Source: a virus (lineage: Duplodnaviria > Caudoviricetes). From it: a DNA stretch of 30,708 nucleotides. Below the pieces are notes generated by a model. The model was given only the letters and a program-made list of their open reading frames with translations. It did no database searches and was not told the DNA's origin. Shown here piece by piece: positions 16,325 through 26,071 of the stretch; position 1 is the stretch's first letter, and every line of letters begins with the position of its first letter. The DNA lies in the IMG/VR virus record IMGVR_UViG_3300005611_000140, positions 1-30,708 of that record; one strand, 5' to 3'. Made by a program: the position numbers and the translations under genes.

Positions 16325-16858
16325 ATGGACACAATCGAAAACTACAAGAATTATCATGAGGGAGAAGTCGGAGCCGTTTTATGCGGCGGGCCATCTCTTC
16401 CTTTAGACTTACGCAGTATTCATGATGACGTTGATATTTTAATTGGCGTAAATCAGCACAGTTTGATCCTTCCTTGTCATTACATCGTATTCAGTGATCG
16501 CCATATGTGGCCTTTGATAGAGCCTATCAAAGACTGCAAATACATTACTCATCTCAATAAGTTTGACACTAAAAGAACAATTCACGCTGGCATTTGGCCT
16601 TCAATGGGATATTCCGGTCAGCGCGCTATTTACGCAGCAGATTACATGGGCTTCGAAAAAGTGTATGTTTGCGGCATGGATCAATACGACCAGAACGAAA
16701 CGCGGGAGTATTGGTGGGAAGGACCGCAATGCAAGGAGATGCAAAGGCATACTCACTGTAAAGCAGACCTTGGCAGAGTCAAAGAATTTATTGATTCATT
16801 GAATCACCCTGAGCGCATCTATTTTTCATCGGGGCAATTAAAGGAGATACATCAATGA
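16325..16858 (+). CDS. Maf/DUF115/GT42-like glycosyltransferase-fold protein
   Basis: GGPSL, IGVN, FSD, YSG..AIYAA.YMGFEKVYVCGMD. Confidence 0.65.
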   Translation: MDTIENYKNYHEGEVGAVLCGGPSLPLDLRSIHDDVDILIGVNQHSLILPCHYIVFSDRHMWPLIEPIKDCKYITHLNKFDTKRTIHAGIWPSMGYSGQRAIYAADYMGFEKVYVCGMDQYDQNETREYWWEGPQCKEMQRHTHCKADLGRVKEFIDSLNHPERIYFSSGQLKEIHQ

Positions 16859-17085
16859 GAGTCGAACTAACCCGTGGAATCATCTGGGATAAGATGGCCC
16901 GTGAGCCTGGAGAAGTATTGGAAGTCAGTGAAGTCGATGGATTCACCTTGATCGACAAGGGGAAAGCGCGCTTATATAAGGACCCTGTACTCAAGACTAC
17001 GAACCGTTCTGTCGGTCTTGAGACTAGCGAGCCAGAGCAGAAAGTGACCAAGCGTCGCACAACCAAGAAGAAGTTGTCCTGGTGA
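16855..17085 (+). CDS. small post-capsid protein (gpFI-position chaperone or decoration protein)
   Basis: AAGGAG RBS; PGEVLEV.....LI..GKA with basic tail. Confidence 0.65.
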   Translation: MRVELTRGIIWDKMAREPGEVLEVSEVDGFTLIDKGKARLYKDPVLKTTNRSVGLETSEPEQKVTKRRTTKKKLSW

Positions 17086-17672
17086 TATTTGCTACCGTCC
17101 TTCGTGGCGGAAGAGAGTACACACAGGAACATGTACATAAGTTGCGCGACATGGTGCAACAACATGCTCCTAACATGGACTTCGTTTGTCTGACTGACTC
17201 TTCGCCACAATGCAATCGCATTACCTTGACCAAGAACTATCCTGGTTGGTGGGCAAAGATGGAGTTGTTCAAACTGCAAGGTCCTGTGTTATATATGGAC
17301 CTTGACACGATTATCTGTGGCGATATATCTCATTGGCTTGATCAGATCAAAGATAACAAATTTGTTATATTGCGTGACGTATATCGAGACAAGCGCGATC
17401 CGCATGCGATGCAGTCATCAATCATGTATTGGTCTGGCGATATGTCAGATATATGGGAAGAATTTAGCTCTAACCCAGACTTCTCGCACCCAAATGGAGA
17501 TCAGGGTTGGCTAGAGCAGCATCTTGATGATGTTGCCTACATACAAGACTTTACCGATGATGTCGTCTCATACAAGGCGCATATCAAAAACGGCTATCCT
17601 AAACATAAAGCAACCGTTATATTCTTTCATGGCAAGCCAAGACCTTGGGAGCAAAGAGATGTCGCTTACTAG
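17082..17672 (+). CDS. GT-A fold (GT8-like) glycosyltransferase
   Basis: FVCLTD, GWWAKMELF, DxD motif YMDLD, SSIMYW, GDQ, FHGKPRPW. Confidence 0.8.
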   Translation: MIFATVLRGGREYTQEHVHKLRDMVQQHAPNMDFVCLTDSSPQCNRITLTKNYPGWWAKMELFKLQGPVLYMDLDTIICGDISHWLDQIKDNKFVILRDVYRDKRDPHAMQSSIMYWSGDMSDIWEEFSSNPDFSHPNGDQGWLEQHLDDVAYIQDFTDDVVSYKAHIKNGYPKHKATVIFFHGKPRPWEQRDVAY

Positions 17673-18276
17673 CAGAAACGGATGGTGGGTTCCTGAAGCC
17701 GATCGTGTCGCACTTCCAATCATACTGAGAGAAGTCAATGACCTTCAGCAGATGTTGCCGTTGTGTAAACAGAAACGTCGAGTCGTCCAAGCTGGCGGGA
17801 ATGTCGGCATCTGGCCTAAAGAGTTATCTAAGCATTTTGAGACGGTCGTGACCTTTGAGCCTGATCCGCTTAACTATAGAGCATTGGTTAAGAACATCGG
17901 TGAGATAGAGAACATTCAATATCATCACTTAGGTCTTGGAGAACGCTATGGAACTGGCGCAATGGATCGCATAGACCCTGCTAATATTGGCGCGCATCAA
18001 ATCAAGGAAGGCAAAGAGTTTAAGATCGTATCCGTTGATTCATTCGGATTTGATGATGTGGATTTCCTTCAGTTAGACATCGAAGGATTTGAGCATTTCG
18101 CTATTGTCGGTGCGATGGAGACGATTGAGCGCACATCTCCTGTTATCTGTTTGGAACTCAAGGGGATAGGTAATCGCTACGGACATCCTGATGAGGAGAC
18201 TATCGCGCTTTTGGAGTCCATAGGGTATACAATAAGGGCTAGGATTCACCGCGATATTGTGTTTGTAAGGAACTAA
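17659..18276 (+). CDS. FkbM-family SAM-dependent methyltransferase
   Basis: VQAGGNVG, FEPDP, VDFLQLDIEGFE..AIVGA.ETI....PVICLE. Confidence 0.85.
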   Translation: MSLTSRNGWWVPEADRVALPIILREVNDLQQMLPLCKQKRRVVQAGGNVGIWPKELSKHFETVVTFEPDPLNYRALVKNIGEIENIQYHHLGLGERYGTGAMDRIDPANIGAHQIKEGKEFKIVSVDSFGFDDVDFLQLDIEGFEHFAIVGAMETIERTSPVICLELKGIGNRYGHPDEETIALLESIGYTIRARIHRDIVFVRN

Positions 18277-18277
18277 T

Positions 18278-18568
18278 ATGGCCTTTGTAGAGACAGCAGA
18301 CGACCTGACTATCTTCTTCGCTGATGCCGAGACAGCAACGATCGATGGCGAGTCAGTTAAGGGTCATTTTGAGAATGAGCATGATCCAGTGAATGCAGGA
18401 GGTATGGTCGAGTTTTCAATACAGAACGCGACTTTCCAATGCAAGTCATCTGATGTTAGTGCAGTTGCCGAAGGTCAGTTGATCACGATTGGTGGATCAA
18501 GTTACGCGATCACAGACATTCAGCCAGATGGAACTGGCGTTACCTTGTTGATTCTTGAGGCTCAGTAA
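18278..18568 (+). CDS. head-tail joining protein (gpFII-like)
   Basis: Position, size, Y.ITDIQPDGTGVTLLIL C-terminus. Confidence 0.75.
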   Translation: MAFVETADDLTIFFADAETATIDGESVKGHFENEHDPVNAGGMVEFSIQNATFQCKSSDVSAVAEGQLITIGGSSYAITDIQPDGTGVTLLILEAQ

Positions 18569-19011
18569 TGGCACATGTAAGACAGACGATTCGTGAGTAT
18601 TTCGGCACACAGTTGACCGGATTGACGACTACTGGTGCAAATGCGTTTGAATCAAGAGTCTATCCCATGCAGTCAGCAAAACTTCCTGCTCTGATAATTT
18701 ATACGACGACTGAATCATCAGAAGAGCAGTCATTTAGCTCTAGGAGAGTTCAGACCAGGATGTTAAGCGTTGAAGTGCAAGGATTTGTGAGAGCGATATC
18801 AAATTTTGATGACACGCTTGATACGATCGCCAAGGAAATTGAAGTAGCCATTCTTGACGATCCTACTCTTGGCGGTTTAGCGATCAATACGCAGCTTATT
18901 TCAACTCAAGCAGATTACTCTGGCGAAGCAGAACAGCCAGTTGGTACGATTCGCTTGACCTTTGATGTACAATATCGTACAGAGACGGGGCAACCCGAAA
19001 CAGCCATTTAA
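18568..19011 (+). CDS. tail terminator (gpU-like)
   Basis: HVRQTIRE, SRVYP...LPAL, LD.I..EIE. Confidence 0.75.
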   Translation: MAHVRQTIREYFGTQLTGLTTTGANAFESRVYPMQSAKLPALIIYTTTESSEEQSFSSRRVQTRMLSVEVQGFVRAISNFDDTLDTIAKEIEVAILDDPTLGGLAINTQLISTQADYSGEAEQPVGTIRLTFDVQYRTETGQPETAI

Positions 19012-19023
19012 GGAGGCTTTACA

Positions 19024-19413
19024 ATGGCAACACATACCGCTGCAAACGGGGTGATTAAGGTAGGCGCTAATGCCGTTGCTGAAGTCACTGGTTACTCACT
19101 GGAATACAATTCAGACACGGTTGAGGACACAGTAATTGGTGATTCAGCGCGCACATACTTGCCTACGCTGAAGACTTTTACTGCATCTTTGGATGCGTTC
19201 TGGGATGAAACTGATACAAACGGTCAGGTCGCATTAGTTGTGGGAACTGAAATTACGTTTTCTCTACATCCAGAAGGCACTGATTCTGGTGACACTTACT
19301 ATACTGGTTCAGGGATCATTACTGGGCGCACAATCTCAAGTGCAGTCGGTGAAATGATTACTGCGAGCTTCTCAGTCCAAGGTACAGGCGATTTAACTGC
19401 AACCACTGTTTAA
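19024..19413 (+). CDS. major tail tube protein
   Basis: AAGGAGG RBS; beta-rich, P.G...G..YYTG.G.IT...SFSVQGTG.L. Confidence 0.8.
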   Translation: MATHTAANGVIKVGANAVAEVTGYSLEYNSDTVEDTVIGDSARTYLPTLKTFTASLDAFWDETDTNGQVALVVGTEITFSLHPEGTDSGDTYYTGSGIITGRTISSAVGEMITASFSVQGTGDLTATTV

Positions 19414-19421
19414 GGTGATTT

Positions 19422-19748
19422 ATGAGCCTTCTTGATAAATTGAAGGAAGCTATTGATTTCGACACGATTGAAATTGATGTTCCTGCCTGGGGCGAGACGT
19501 TTTATGTAACGCCCCTTAGTGTTCAAGAGCTAGCAAAGATGCAAAACAAGCATCCAGACTTTTTGTCGAATAGCTCGATGGAAGCGGCTGTTGATCTGAT
19601 TATGATGAAAGCAATGACGAAGGATGGCGAAAAAGCGTTTACGCTTGAGCATAAGCCATTCCTTCTCAAACAACGCGCTACTATCATCATGCAGTTTTAT
19701 GGGGCATTGATTGGTACTGCTGTTCAAGAGGACCACGAAAAAAACTAA
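19422..19748 (+). CDS. tail assembly chaperone (gpG-like)
   Basis: Between tube and tape measure genes; ends EKN* on a slippery sequence. Confidence 0.8.
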   Translation: MSLLDKLKEAIDFDTIEIDVPAWGETFYVTPLSVQELAKMQNKHPDFLSNSSMEAAVDLIMMKAMTKDGEKAFTLEHKPFLLKQRATIIMQFYGALIGTAVQEDHEKN

Positions 19749-19921
19749 GGAGCGACCCGTTAAGGATGAGTTTATTTCGCCTAGCGGGTCATCTTGGCAA
19801 GACAGTTCAAGAGCTTGAGCGTATCCCATACTCAGAACTGTTAGAATGGATTGCGTTCTTTAAGATAGAGGCAGAGGACAATGGCAGCAGCAACCCAGAA
19901 AATAGTCATACTGGCGGATGA
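19745..19921 (+). CDS. -1 frameshift extension of the tail chaperone (gpT-like)
   Basis: A AAA AAC heptamer at 19739-19745; -1 frame LRSDPLRMSLFRLAGHLGKTVQELERIPYSELLEWIAFFKIE... Confidence 0.8.
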   Translation, partial: LRSDPLRMSLFRLAGHLGKTVQELERIPYSELLEWIAFFKIEAEDNGSSNPENSHTGG

Positions 19922-21290
19922 CCAAACTGGCGCTGCTATTGCATCGGCTGTTCGCAACTCTAAGAAGTTAGATAGACAGCTTCAAACAACCAACAAAGTC
20001 ATGCGTACAACGACTCGCCAGGGTCGAGCGCAGATGGGTCAGTTGGGTCATCAGGTTCAGGATATTGCGGTTCAGCTTCAGATGGGCATGAACCCATTGA
20101 TGGTATTTGCACAGCAAGGCTCTCAGATCGCAGCGGTATTCGGAGCCGGTGGTGCGGTCGTTGGTGCGTTATTGGCGACAGCCGCCGCGATTGGTTCTGC
20201 TTTACTTCCTGCTTTATTCAAGGCAAATGAAGAGTTCGATAAGTTTCTTGGTCGAGTAAAAGCTGTAACTCTTGATCTTAAAGATATGAATCAGGCCACA
20301 AGAGAGGCTGTGATTACAGGGGCAGAAAAAGAAGTACAGAAGGCTAATAAAGCATATAACGATCAAGTTAAATTGCTTGATGACATTATAGAAAAGATAA
20401 AGTTCTATAAGGAAAAAACTGCCGGTGGAACTAAATTGGAGTTGATACCTGGGTTCTCTGTCTCTGCCTTGCAAGGATACGTCAGAAGATTAAAGGAAGG
20501 CAGAACAGAGCTTGCCATACTCCAGAAGGCTTTAACTACAGCAAGAAGGAAGTTAGCTGAACTGAAAGGCGAAGTTGGAATGGCTGAAAAGCCTGTCTTT
20601 GAGTTATCAAATAGAATTTCTAGTGGTTCTGTGGCAGTCAATTCCTACAATGCTGCTCACGAAAAGTTAGCCGAGACTATCCGCAACAAGTTACAGACTC
20701 CAATGGGAGCTTTCATGGAGCAACAAGCGCAAATGAAAGTGCTTGTTCAAGAAGGTTACCTTAGTGTCGAAGAGATGAATAAGCGGCTAAAGCAACTCAA
20801 GAAAGAGCTTGATCTTCTGCCTAAAGACCCATTCAAGGATGTCAAAGAATCTGGGATTAAAGCACTAGAGGATGGATTGGTTAGTTTAATTGATGGAACT
20901 AAGTCAGTTGCCAGGGCATTTGAAGATATGGCAAGAAGCGTAGTTTCGAGCTTGGCGAGAATGGCTGTTCAACAGGCTATCACAAACCCTATAGCCCAGG
21001 CTCTTGGACTTCGTGCAAATGGTGGTCCAGTATCCGCCGGCAAGCCTTACATTGTTGGTGAGAAGGGACCAGAACTGATGATCCCGCGCGGAGGCGGAAC
21101 AGTTGTTCCCAACAAATCACTTGGTGGAGGAGATGCACCAGTGAATGTGACCCTAAATATATCAACAGGTGTAGCGCAAACAGTAAGAACTGAGATAATG
21201 AGCATGTTGCCTATGATTACGAATGCAGCGAAATCTGCTGTCGTTGACGGTCGACGCAGAGGCGGATCATTCGCTAGAGGTATGAGTTAA
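19881..21290 (+). CDS. tape measure protein
   Basis: QVQDIAVQLQMG..P..VFAQQGSQ N-terminal motif; C-terminal ANGGPV....YIVGEKGPEL. Confidence 0.9.
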   Translation: MAAATQKIVILADDQTGAAIASAVRNSKKLDRQLQTTNKVMRTTTRQGRAQMGQLGHQVQDIAVQLQMGMNPLMVFAQQGSQIAAVFGAGGAVVGALLATAAAIGSALLPALFKANEEFDKFLGRVKAVTLDLKDMNQATREAVITGAEKEVQKANKAYNDQVKLLDDIIEKIKFYKEKTAGGTKLELIPGFSVSALQGYVRRLKEGRTELAILQKALTTARRKLAELKGEVGMAEKPVFELSNRISSGSVAVNSYNAAHEKLAETIRNKLQTPMGAFMEQQAQMKVLVQEGYLSVEEMNKRLKQLKKELDLLPKDPFKDVKESGIKALEDGLVSLIDGTKSVARAFEDMARSVVSSLARMAVQQAITNPIAQALGLRANGGPVSAGKPYIVGEKGPELMIPRGGGTVVPNKSLGGGDAPVNVTLNISTGVAQTVRTEIMSMLPMITNAAKSAVVDGRRRGGSFARGMS

Positions 21291-21910
21291 TGGCTATAAC
21301 TTATCCACTTGCATTACCTACACACACCGGAGTTTCTGGCGTTCGATTGCGAGCGAATGATATCGTCTCGATGAATGTTTCTCCTTTCTCTGCCGTACAG
21401 CAAGTCTACAAGTATACTGGTCAGTTCTGGGAAGCAGATATTACTCTGCCGCCAATGAAGCGAGAAGATGCTGATTACTGGATTACGTTCCTTATGAAAT
21501 TAGGTGGTCCATACGGAACCTTCTTACTTGGCGATCCATCCGCATCAACCGCTAGAGGTGTTGCGACTGGAACTCCTGTCGTCAACGGAGCATCTCAAAC
21601 TGGTTATGAGTTAGTCACTGATGGGTGGACTGCTGACACAACAGGAATCATGAAAGCCGGTGACTATATTCAACTAGGAACTGGAGAAAATTCTCGATTA
21701 TACAAAGTCTTGGATGATGTGAACTCTGATGGATCAGGTAATGCAACTTTGACTATATGGCCTAATCTAAGATCATCTCCTGCTGATAATGAATCAATTA
21801 CTGTGAGTGATTGCAAAAGTGTATTCAGGCTGACTACAAGCGCCACTGACATCAATGTCAATGAGGCATCTCTTTACGGTGTGACTTTTGGTGCAGTGGA
21901 GGCGTTATGA
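21290..21910 (+). CDS. distal tail protein-like
   Basis: Follows TMP; SPF..QQV...GQFWEA.ITLPPM; ends VEAL. Confidence 0.7.
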   Translation: MAITYPLALPTHTGVSGVRLRANDIVSMNVSPFSAVQQVYKYTGQFWEADITLPPMKREDADYWITFLMKLGGPYGTFLLGDPSASTARGVATGTPVVNGASQTGYELVTDGWTADTTGIMKAGDYIQLGTGENSRLYKVLDDVNSDGSGNATLTIWPNLRSSPADNESITVSDCKSVFRLTTSATDINVNEASLYGVTFGAVEAL

Positions 21911-22470
21911 GCCGCACATTACCAGCCGCACTTCTTACTGAGTTTCAAGCACAGGAATTACAGCCATTCCAGGCGCTTCAACTTGAGTTTACTAATGGCA
22001 TATTACGTTTCTGGACTGGTTACGGAACGATCAATGTAGATGGTCAGAACTGGGATGGCGCAGGGACGGTGATGTCGATTTCGTCGACTGATGAAGATTC
22101 TGACTTGAGCGCGCGCGGGATGACATTTGTACTGTCTGGCTTGGAGACATCAGTTATATCAGCAATTCTTAATGAGAATTACAAGTTGCGTCCATGCGCT
22201 GTTTACTCAGGAGCATTAGATAGCGATGGGGTTCCTGTATCAAGTTTATATCAAGTATTTTCTGGTCGTATTGACACGATCGAGCTAAGAGAAACTGGTG
22301 GCAAGGCAGACATTACAATTAACGCTGAAAGTCGGCTAATTGACTTAAATAGACCACGCATACGCTTATTGACCGATGCTGAACAACGACTACGATTTTC
22401 TGAAGATGATTCATTAGCCGGTGTAGCATTGCTTCAGGACAAGTCTTTTACCTGGGGTAAATCAACATGA
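21907..22470 (+). CDS. tail tip / baseplate hub protein (gpL-like)
   Basis: WTGYG, VFSGRID, ESRLIDL.R, C-terminal WG. Confidence 0.7.
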   Translation: MSRTLPAALLTEFQAQELQPFQALQLEFTNGILRFWTGYGTINVDGQNWDGAGTVMSISSTDEDSDLSARGMTFVLSGLETSVISAILNENYKLRPCAVYSGALDSDGVPVSSLYQVFSGRIDTIELRETGGKADITINAESRLIDLNRPRIRLLTDAEQRLRFSEDDSLAGVALLQDKSFTWGKST

Positions 22471-25388
22471 TATTTAACGTCATTAAGAAGATTGTTAGCA
22501 ATCCTGTTGATATCATTAAGACAGCGGTTATCGCCGCTGCTGTTGTTTATACTGGAGGTGCAGCGGCTGCCGCTTTAGGATTTGGAGCAGGAGCGACGAC
22601 TGCCGCGATTGCTACTGCCGCCGCTAGTGCCGCCATATCAACTGCCATTACCATTGCAGCTACTCCATCATCAGTCTCTTCCGCATCATTTACGGCTCAA
22701 GGTGCATTTGATACGCCATCTGGCGATCCCAATCTTGGGATATCTGCGCCCGAAGCAATCTCAGGTCAGCTAATTACAGGTAAACAGCCAACTGATCCGG
22801 TTAAGATCGTCTACGGGAAAACCCGTGTTGGCGGAAATATCGTATTTATGGAGCTTCTGCGTGGCAATAAAGACCTGTACATGGTGATTACCCTAGCCGG
22901 TCATACGATTGATTCAGCATCTAAAGTGTATGCCAATGATGAAGTAATTAAAGAAGACCCAGACCTCAATACAAGTTATTCGGTTTCATATAATGGCAAA
23001 TCTGGTTATCTGAGCTTTGAAATTAGCGATGGTAGTGATGATGGACATACATTTTCATTACTCAGTCCGACAAGCGCATCTGAGAAGAAATTCAAAGGTT
23101 TGGCGTGTATTGCGGTCAAGCTCAAGTACAACCAGGATGTTTTTGCGGAAGGCATCCCTAACTTCAGCGTTGAGCTAACCGGAAGAAACACATCAAGTAA
23201 CGCTGCAACAGCAATCCTTGATTATATTCAGGACCCAGATTTCGGGCTTGATGTTCAGGATGACGAGTATGATGTCACTGCATTCGCAACTGCTGAAGCA
23301 ACTTGCGATGAAGATATTACGCTAGCTGATGAAAGCACAGAAAAGCGCTATACGATCAATGGCGCATTTAGTTCTGGAGAAACTCCACAAGCGATTCTAA
23401 GTAAGATGCTGACTGCATGCGCAGGATCGCTTGTTTACGTTGGCGGTAAGTGGACACTGCTTGTTGGAGAATATCGTTCCCCAACAGTTGAGATTACCGA
23501 AGACGATATTGTTGATTCGATCACAATTAACACTGCTGATTCGCGTAGAGACACATTCAACGCAGTCAAAGGTGTCTATCCAGAGCCAACAAGTTTGTAT
23601 CAGCCTCAGACATTCTCACCTATCACGAATACGTTATATCAAGCAGAAGATGGTGAGCAGATATTCCGCAACATTGATTTCCAGTGCGTTACATCTAATG
23701 CGACTTGTCAGCGTCTCGCTAAGTTGCAATTAGAGAAAGCAAGACAGCAGATCGTCGTGAATACAACTCTTAACCTGAAAGGCTTTGAGATTCAGGTTGG
23801 CGACACTGTTCAGTTGACTATTGATCGTTATGGATGGGCACAGAAAGAGTTTGAGGTGCTTGCTTGGTCAGCAGAGATGGGACTAAAACCTCAAGTTGGC
23901 GTGATGCTCAGAGAAACTGCTGAGGCAGTCTATGATTGGGCTGACGGTGAAGAGACGGCGCTTGACTTGGCAGAGAATACTAACCTTCCAAGTCCATTTG
24001 ATGTGACCCCTCCTGGCGTAGAGGTTTCCGATGAATTGATTGTCATTGCTGAGAAGGTAGTCACTAGACTGGTTGCCAGAATTACAGGTGATTCTACATT
24101 CTTTGATCGTTATGAAGTTCAGGCGAAGTTATCTACGGACACTGAGTATGTGAACATGGGTCAAGCGTCAGGCAATCGGTTTGAGTTGCTCGATGCTCAG
24201 GATGCGGTGACTTATGATGTTCGTGCTAGACAGATCAATACGCTTGGAGTTCGTTCTGATTACACCACTGTTCAACATCAGGTTGTGGGTAAAACAGCGC
24301 CTCCATCAGATGTCACAAACTTCACTGGTAACGTCGTTGGCGGAACACTGAATCTTACTTGGACTCCTGTTTCTGACCTTGATCTTTCGTATTACCGAGT
24401 TCGATATTCATCGTTGACATCTGGAGCGACTTATCAGAATGCGATTAATCTTACTGAAAAAGAGCCTCGCCCTGGTAATGCCGCAACAGTACCAGCGCGT
24501 CAAGGTACTTACTTTATCAAGGCTGTCGATAAATTAGGGCTTGCATCACAAAACCCTGCAACACTTGTTGTACTGACTAACATTGCCGGAATCGAGAATC
24601 TCAATGTTGTGCAGACAGTGACCGAAGGTCCTGAGTTCGATGGTGTCAAAGATGATACGGTCGAGCTTGATGCTGAGAATCAGCTAATCTTGGACACATC
24701 TATTTTGTTCGATTCTGCGCTTGGCAACTTTGATGATGCTACCGGCCTATTCGATGGTGGCGGTGGGTTTGTTGATTTGGAAGGTTTTTACTACTTTGCA
24801 AATTCAGCAGACTTGGGTGCTGTATTTACTTCAAGATTGACCGCATCGGTGACATCTACCCGTCAAGACTATGTGAACACCTTTGATGATGCGACAGGCT
24901 TATTTGATGCGCGTGAAGGTGAATTTGATGGCGATGTGAATGCTTTTGATAACACTGATGTAGAACTACAGTTGCGTAGCACCAATGATGATCCTGCTGG
25001 TGCGCCAACTTGGTCATCATGGCAGCCATTTTTTGTTGGTGATTACACAGCAAGAGCATTTGAGTTTAGGTTAAAATTAACGACAACTGATACTCAGGCG
25101 ACACCTGTCGTGTCTGGCGTATCTGTTGAGATTGATATGCCTGATCGAGTATTGTCTGGAGAAGACATTGCCTCTGGAGCAGGAGCAAAAGCAGTGACAT
25201 TTTCTCCTGCATTTAAGGCTTCACCGGCGATTGGGATCACTGCTCAGAATTTAGCGACAGGTGATTACTACGAAATTACCTCTAAGAGTGCATCTGGGTT
25301 TACAATAACGTTCAAGGATTCAGGCGGAAGCGCCGTTGATCGAACTTTTGACTATGTGGCGAAAGGCTACGGGAGACAAGAAACGTGA
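22467..25388 (+). CDS. central tail tip / host specificity protein (gpJ-like, FN3 domains)
   Basis: IVYGKTRVGG, GIPN, YTING, YDVRAR.INTLGVRS, KTAPPSDVTNF. Confidence 0.85.
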   Translation: MIFNVIKKIVSNPVDIIKTAVIAAAVVYTGGAAAAALGFGAGATTAAIATAAASAAISTAITIAATPSSVSSASFTAQGAFDTPSGDPNLGISAPEAISGQLITGKQPTDPVKIVYGKTRVGGNIVFMELLRGNKDLYMVITLAGHTIDSASKVYANDEVIKEDPDLNTSYSVSYNGKSGYLSFEISDGSDDGHTFSLLSPTSASEKKFKGLACIAVKLKYNQDVFAEGIPNFSVELTGRNTSSNAATAILDYIQDPDFGLDVQDDEYDVTAFATAEATCDEDITLADESTEKRYTINGAFSSGETPQAILSKMLTACAGSLVYVGGKWTLLVGEYRSPTVEITEDDIVDSITINTADSRRDTFNAVKGVYPEPTSLYQPQTFSPITNTLYQAEDGEQIFRNIDFQCVTSNATCQRLAKLQLEKARQQIVVNTTLNLKGFEIQVGDTVQLTIDRYGWAQKEFEVLAWSAEMGLKPQVGVMLRETAEAVYDWADGEETALDLAENTNLPSPFDVTPPGVEVSDELIVIAEKVVTRLVARITGDSTFFDRYEVQAKLSTDTEYVNMGQASGNRFELLDAQDAVTYDVRARQINTLGVRSDYTTVQHQVVGKTAPPSDVTNFTGNVVGGTLNLTWTPVSDLDLSYYRVRYSSLTSGATYQNAINLTEKEPRPGNAATVPARQGTYFIKAVDKLGLASQNPATLVVLTNIAGIENLNVVQTVTEGPEFDGVKDDTVELDAENQLILDTSILFDSALGNFDDATGLFDGGGGFVDLEGFYYFANSADLGAVFTSRLTASVTSTRQDYVNTFDDATGLFDAREGEFDGDVNAFDNTDVELQLRSTNDDPAGAPTWSSWQPFFVGDYTARAFEFRLKLTTTDTQATPVVSGVSVEIDMPDRVLSGEDIASGAGAKAVTFSPAFKASPAIGITAQNLATGDYYEITSKSASGFTITFKDSGGSAVDRTFDYVAKGYGRQET

Positions 25389-26071
25389 GCCAACATGATT
25401 TCAACATTGCGAACCAGGGCTTTCCGGCATTCCGGTCAGACTTAAACAACGCACTAGCTGCTTTGGCAACATTGAGTTCTGGAGCCACAGAGCCGACATC
25501 AACTTATGCGAATCAATTATGGTACGACTCAACAAACGATCTTTTGAAGCTGCGCAATGAAGATGATGATGCCTGGATCATCTTGGCGTATTTAGATCAG
25601 GCTACTGACGAGATGGAAGTGCGATCTGCGGTCATGCAAGCCGTAGATGCAGCAGGACTGACATTCAAGACAGATGAAGGCACTGCTCGACTCACAGTAG
25701 CAGATAGTGGTGCAGTGGATGTTGTAGGAACTCTGACAGCGGCTCGCGGTGTAGGTGATACAAACACAGACGCGACAAACACCGGATCGGTTACGCTCGA
25801 TTTCTCAACGCATCAGAATCACGTTCTGACTCTGACAGGCGCAGTAACACTAGCAAATCCAACAACTGAGACAGTCGGTCAATCTGGTTTCATCGTGTTC
25901 ATTCAAGATGCAACTGGCGGACGCACAGTTTCATTGGGTACGGATTACGAAACAGCAGGAGGCGCAGGGCTGACACTATCGACAGCGGCTAGTGCAACTG
26001 ACATCGTTCCATATGTTGTCGCGGCATCGGGACGGATTCTTTTAGGCACACCACAACTGGCGTTTTCATAA
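25385..26071 (+). CDS. proximal tail fibre / adaptor protein
   Basis: SQHDF.IANQ.F..FRSDLNNAL, LWYD, TLANPT...GQSG.I..IQDATGGRT. Confidence 0.75.
   Translation: MSQHDFNIANQGFPAFRSDLNNALAALATLSSGATEPTSTYANQLWYDSTNDLLKLRNEDDDAWIILAYLDQATDEMEVRSAVMQAVDAAGLTFKTDEGTARLTVADSGAVDVVGTLTAARGVGDTNTDATNTGSVTLDFSTHQNHVLTLTGAVTLANPTTETVGQSGFIVFIQDATGGRTVSLGTDYETAGGAGLTLSTAASATDIVPYVVAASGRILLGTPQLAFS

Noticed and set aside
16788-17279. 163 aa minus-strand ORF and other antisense ORFs in the track
   Set aside because: They lie opposite well-supported + strand genes and have no recognisable motifs
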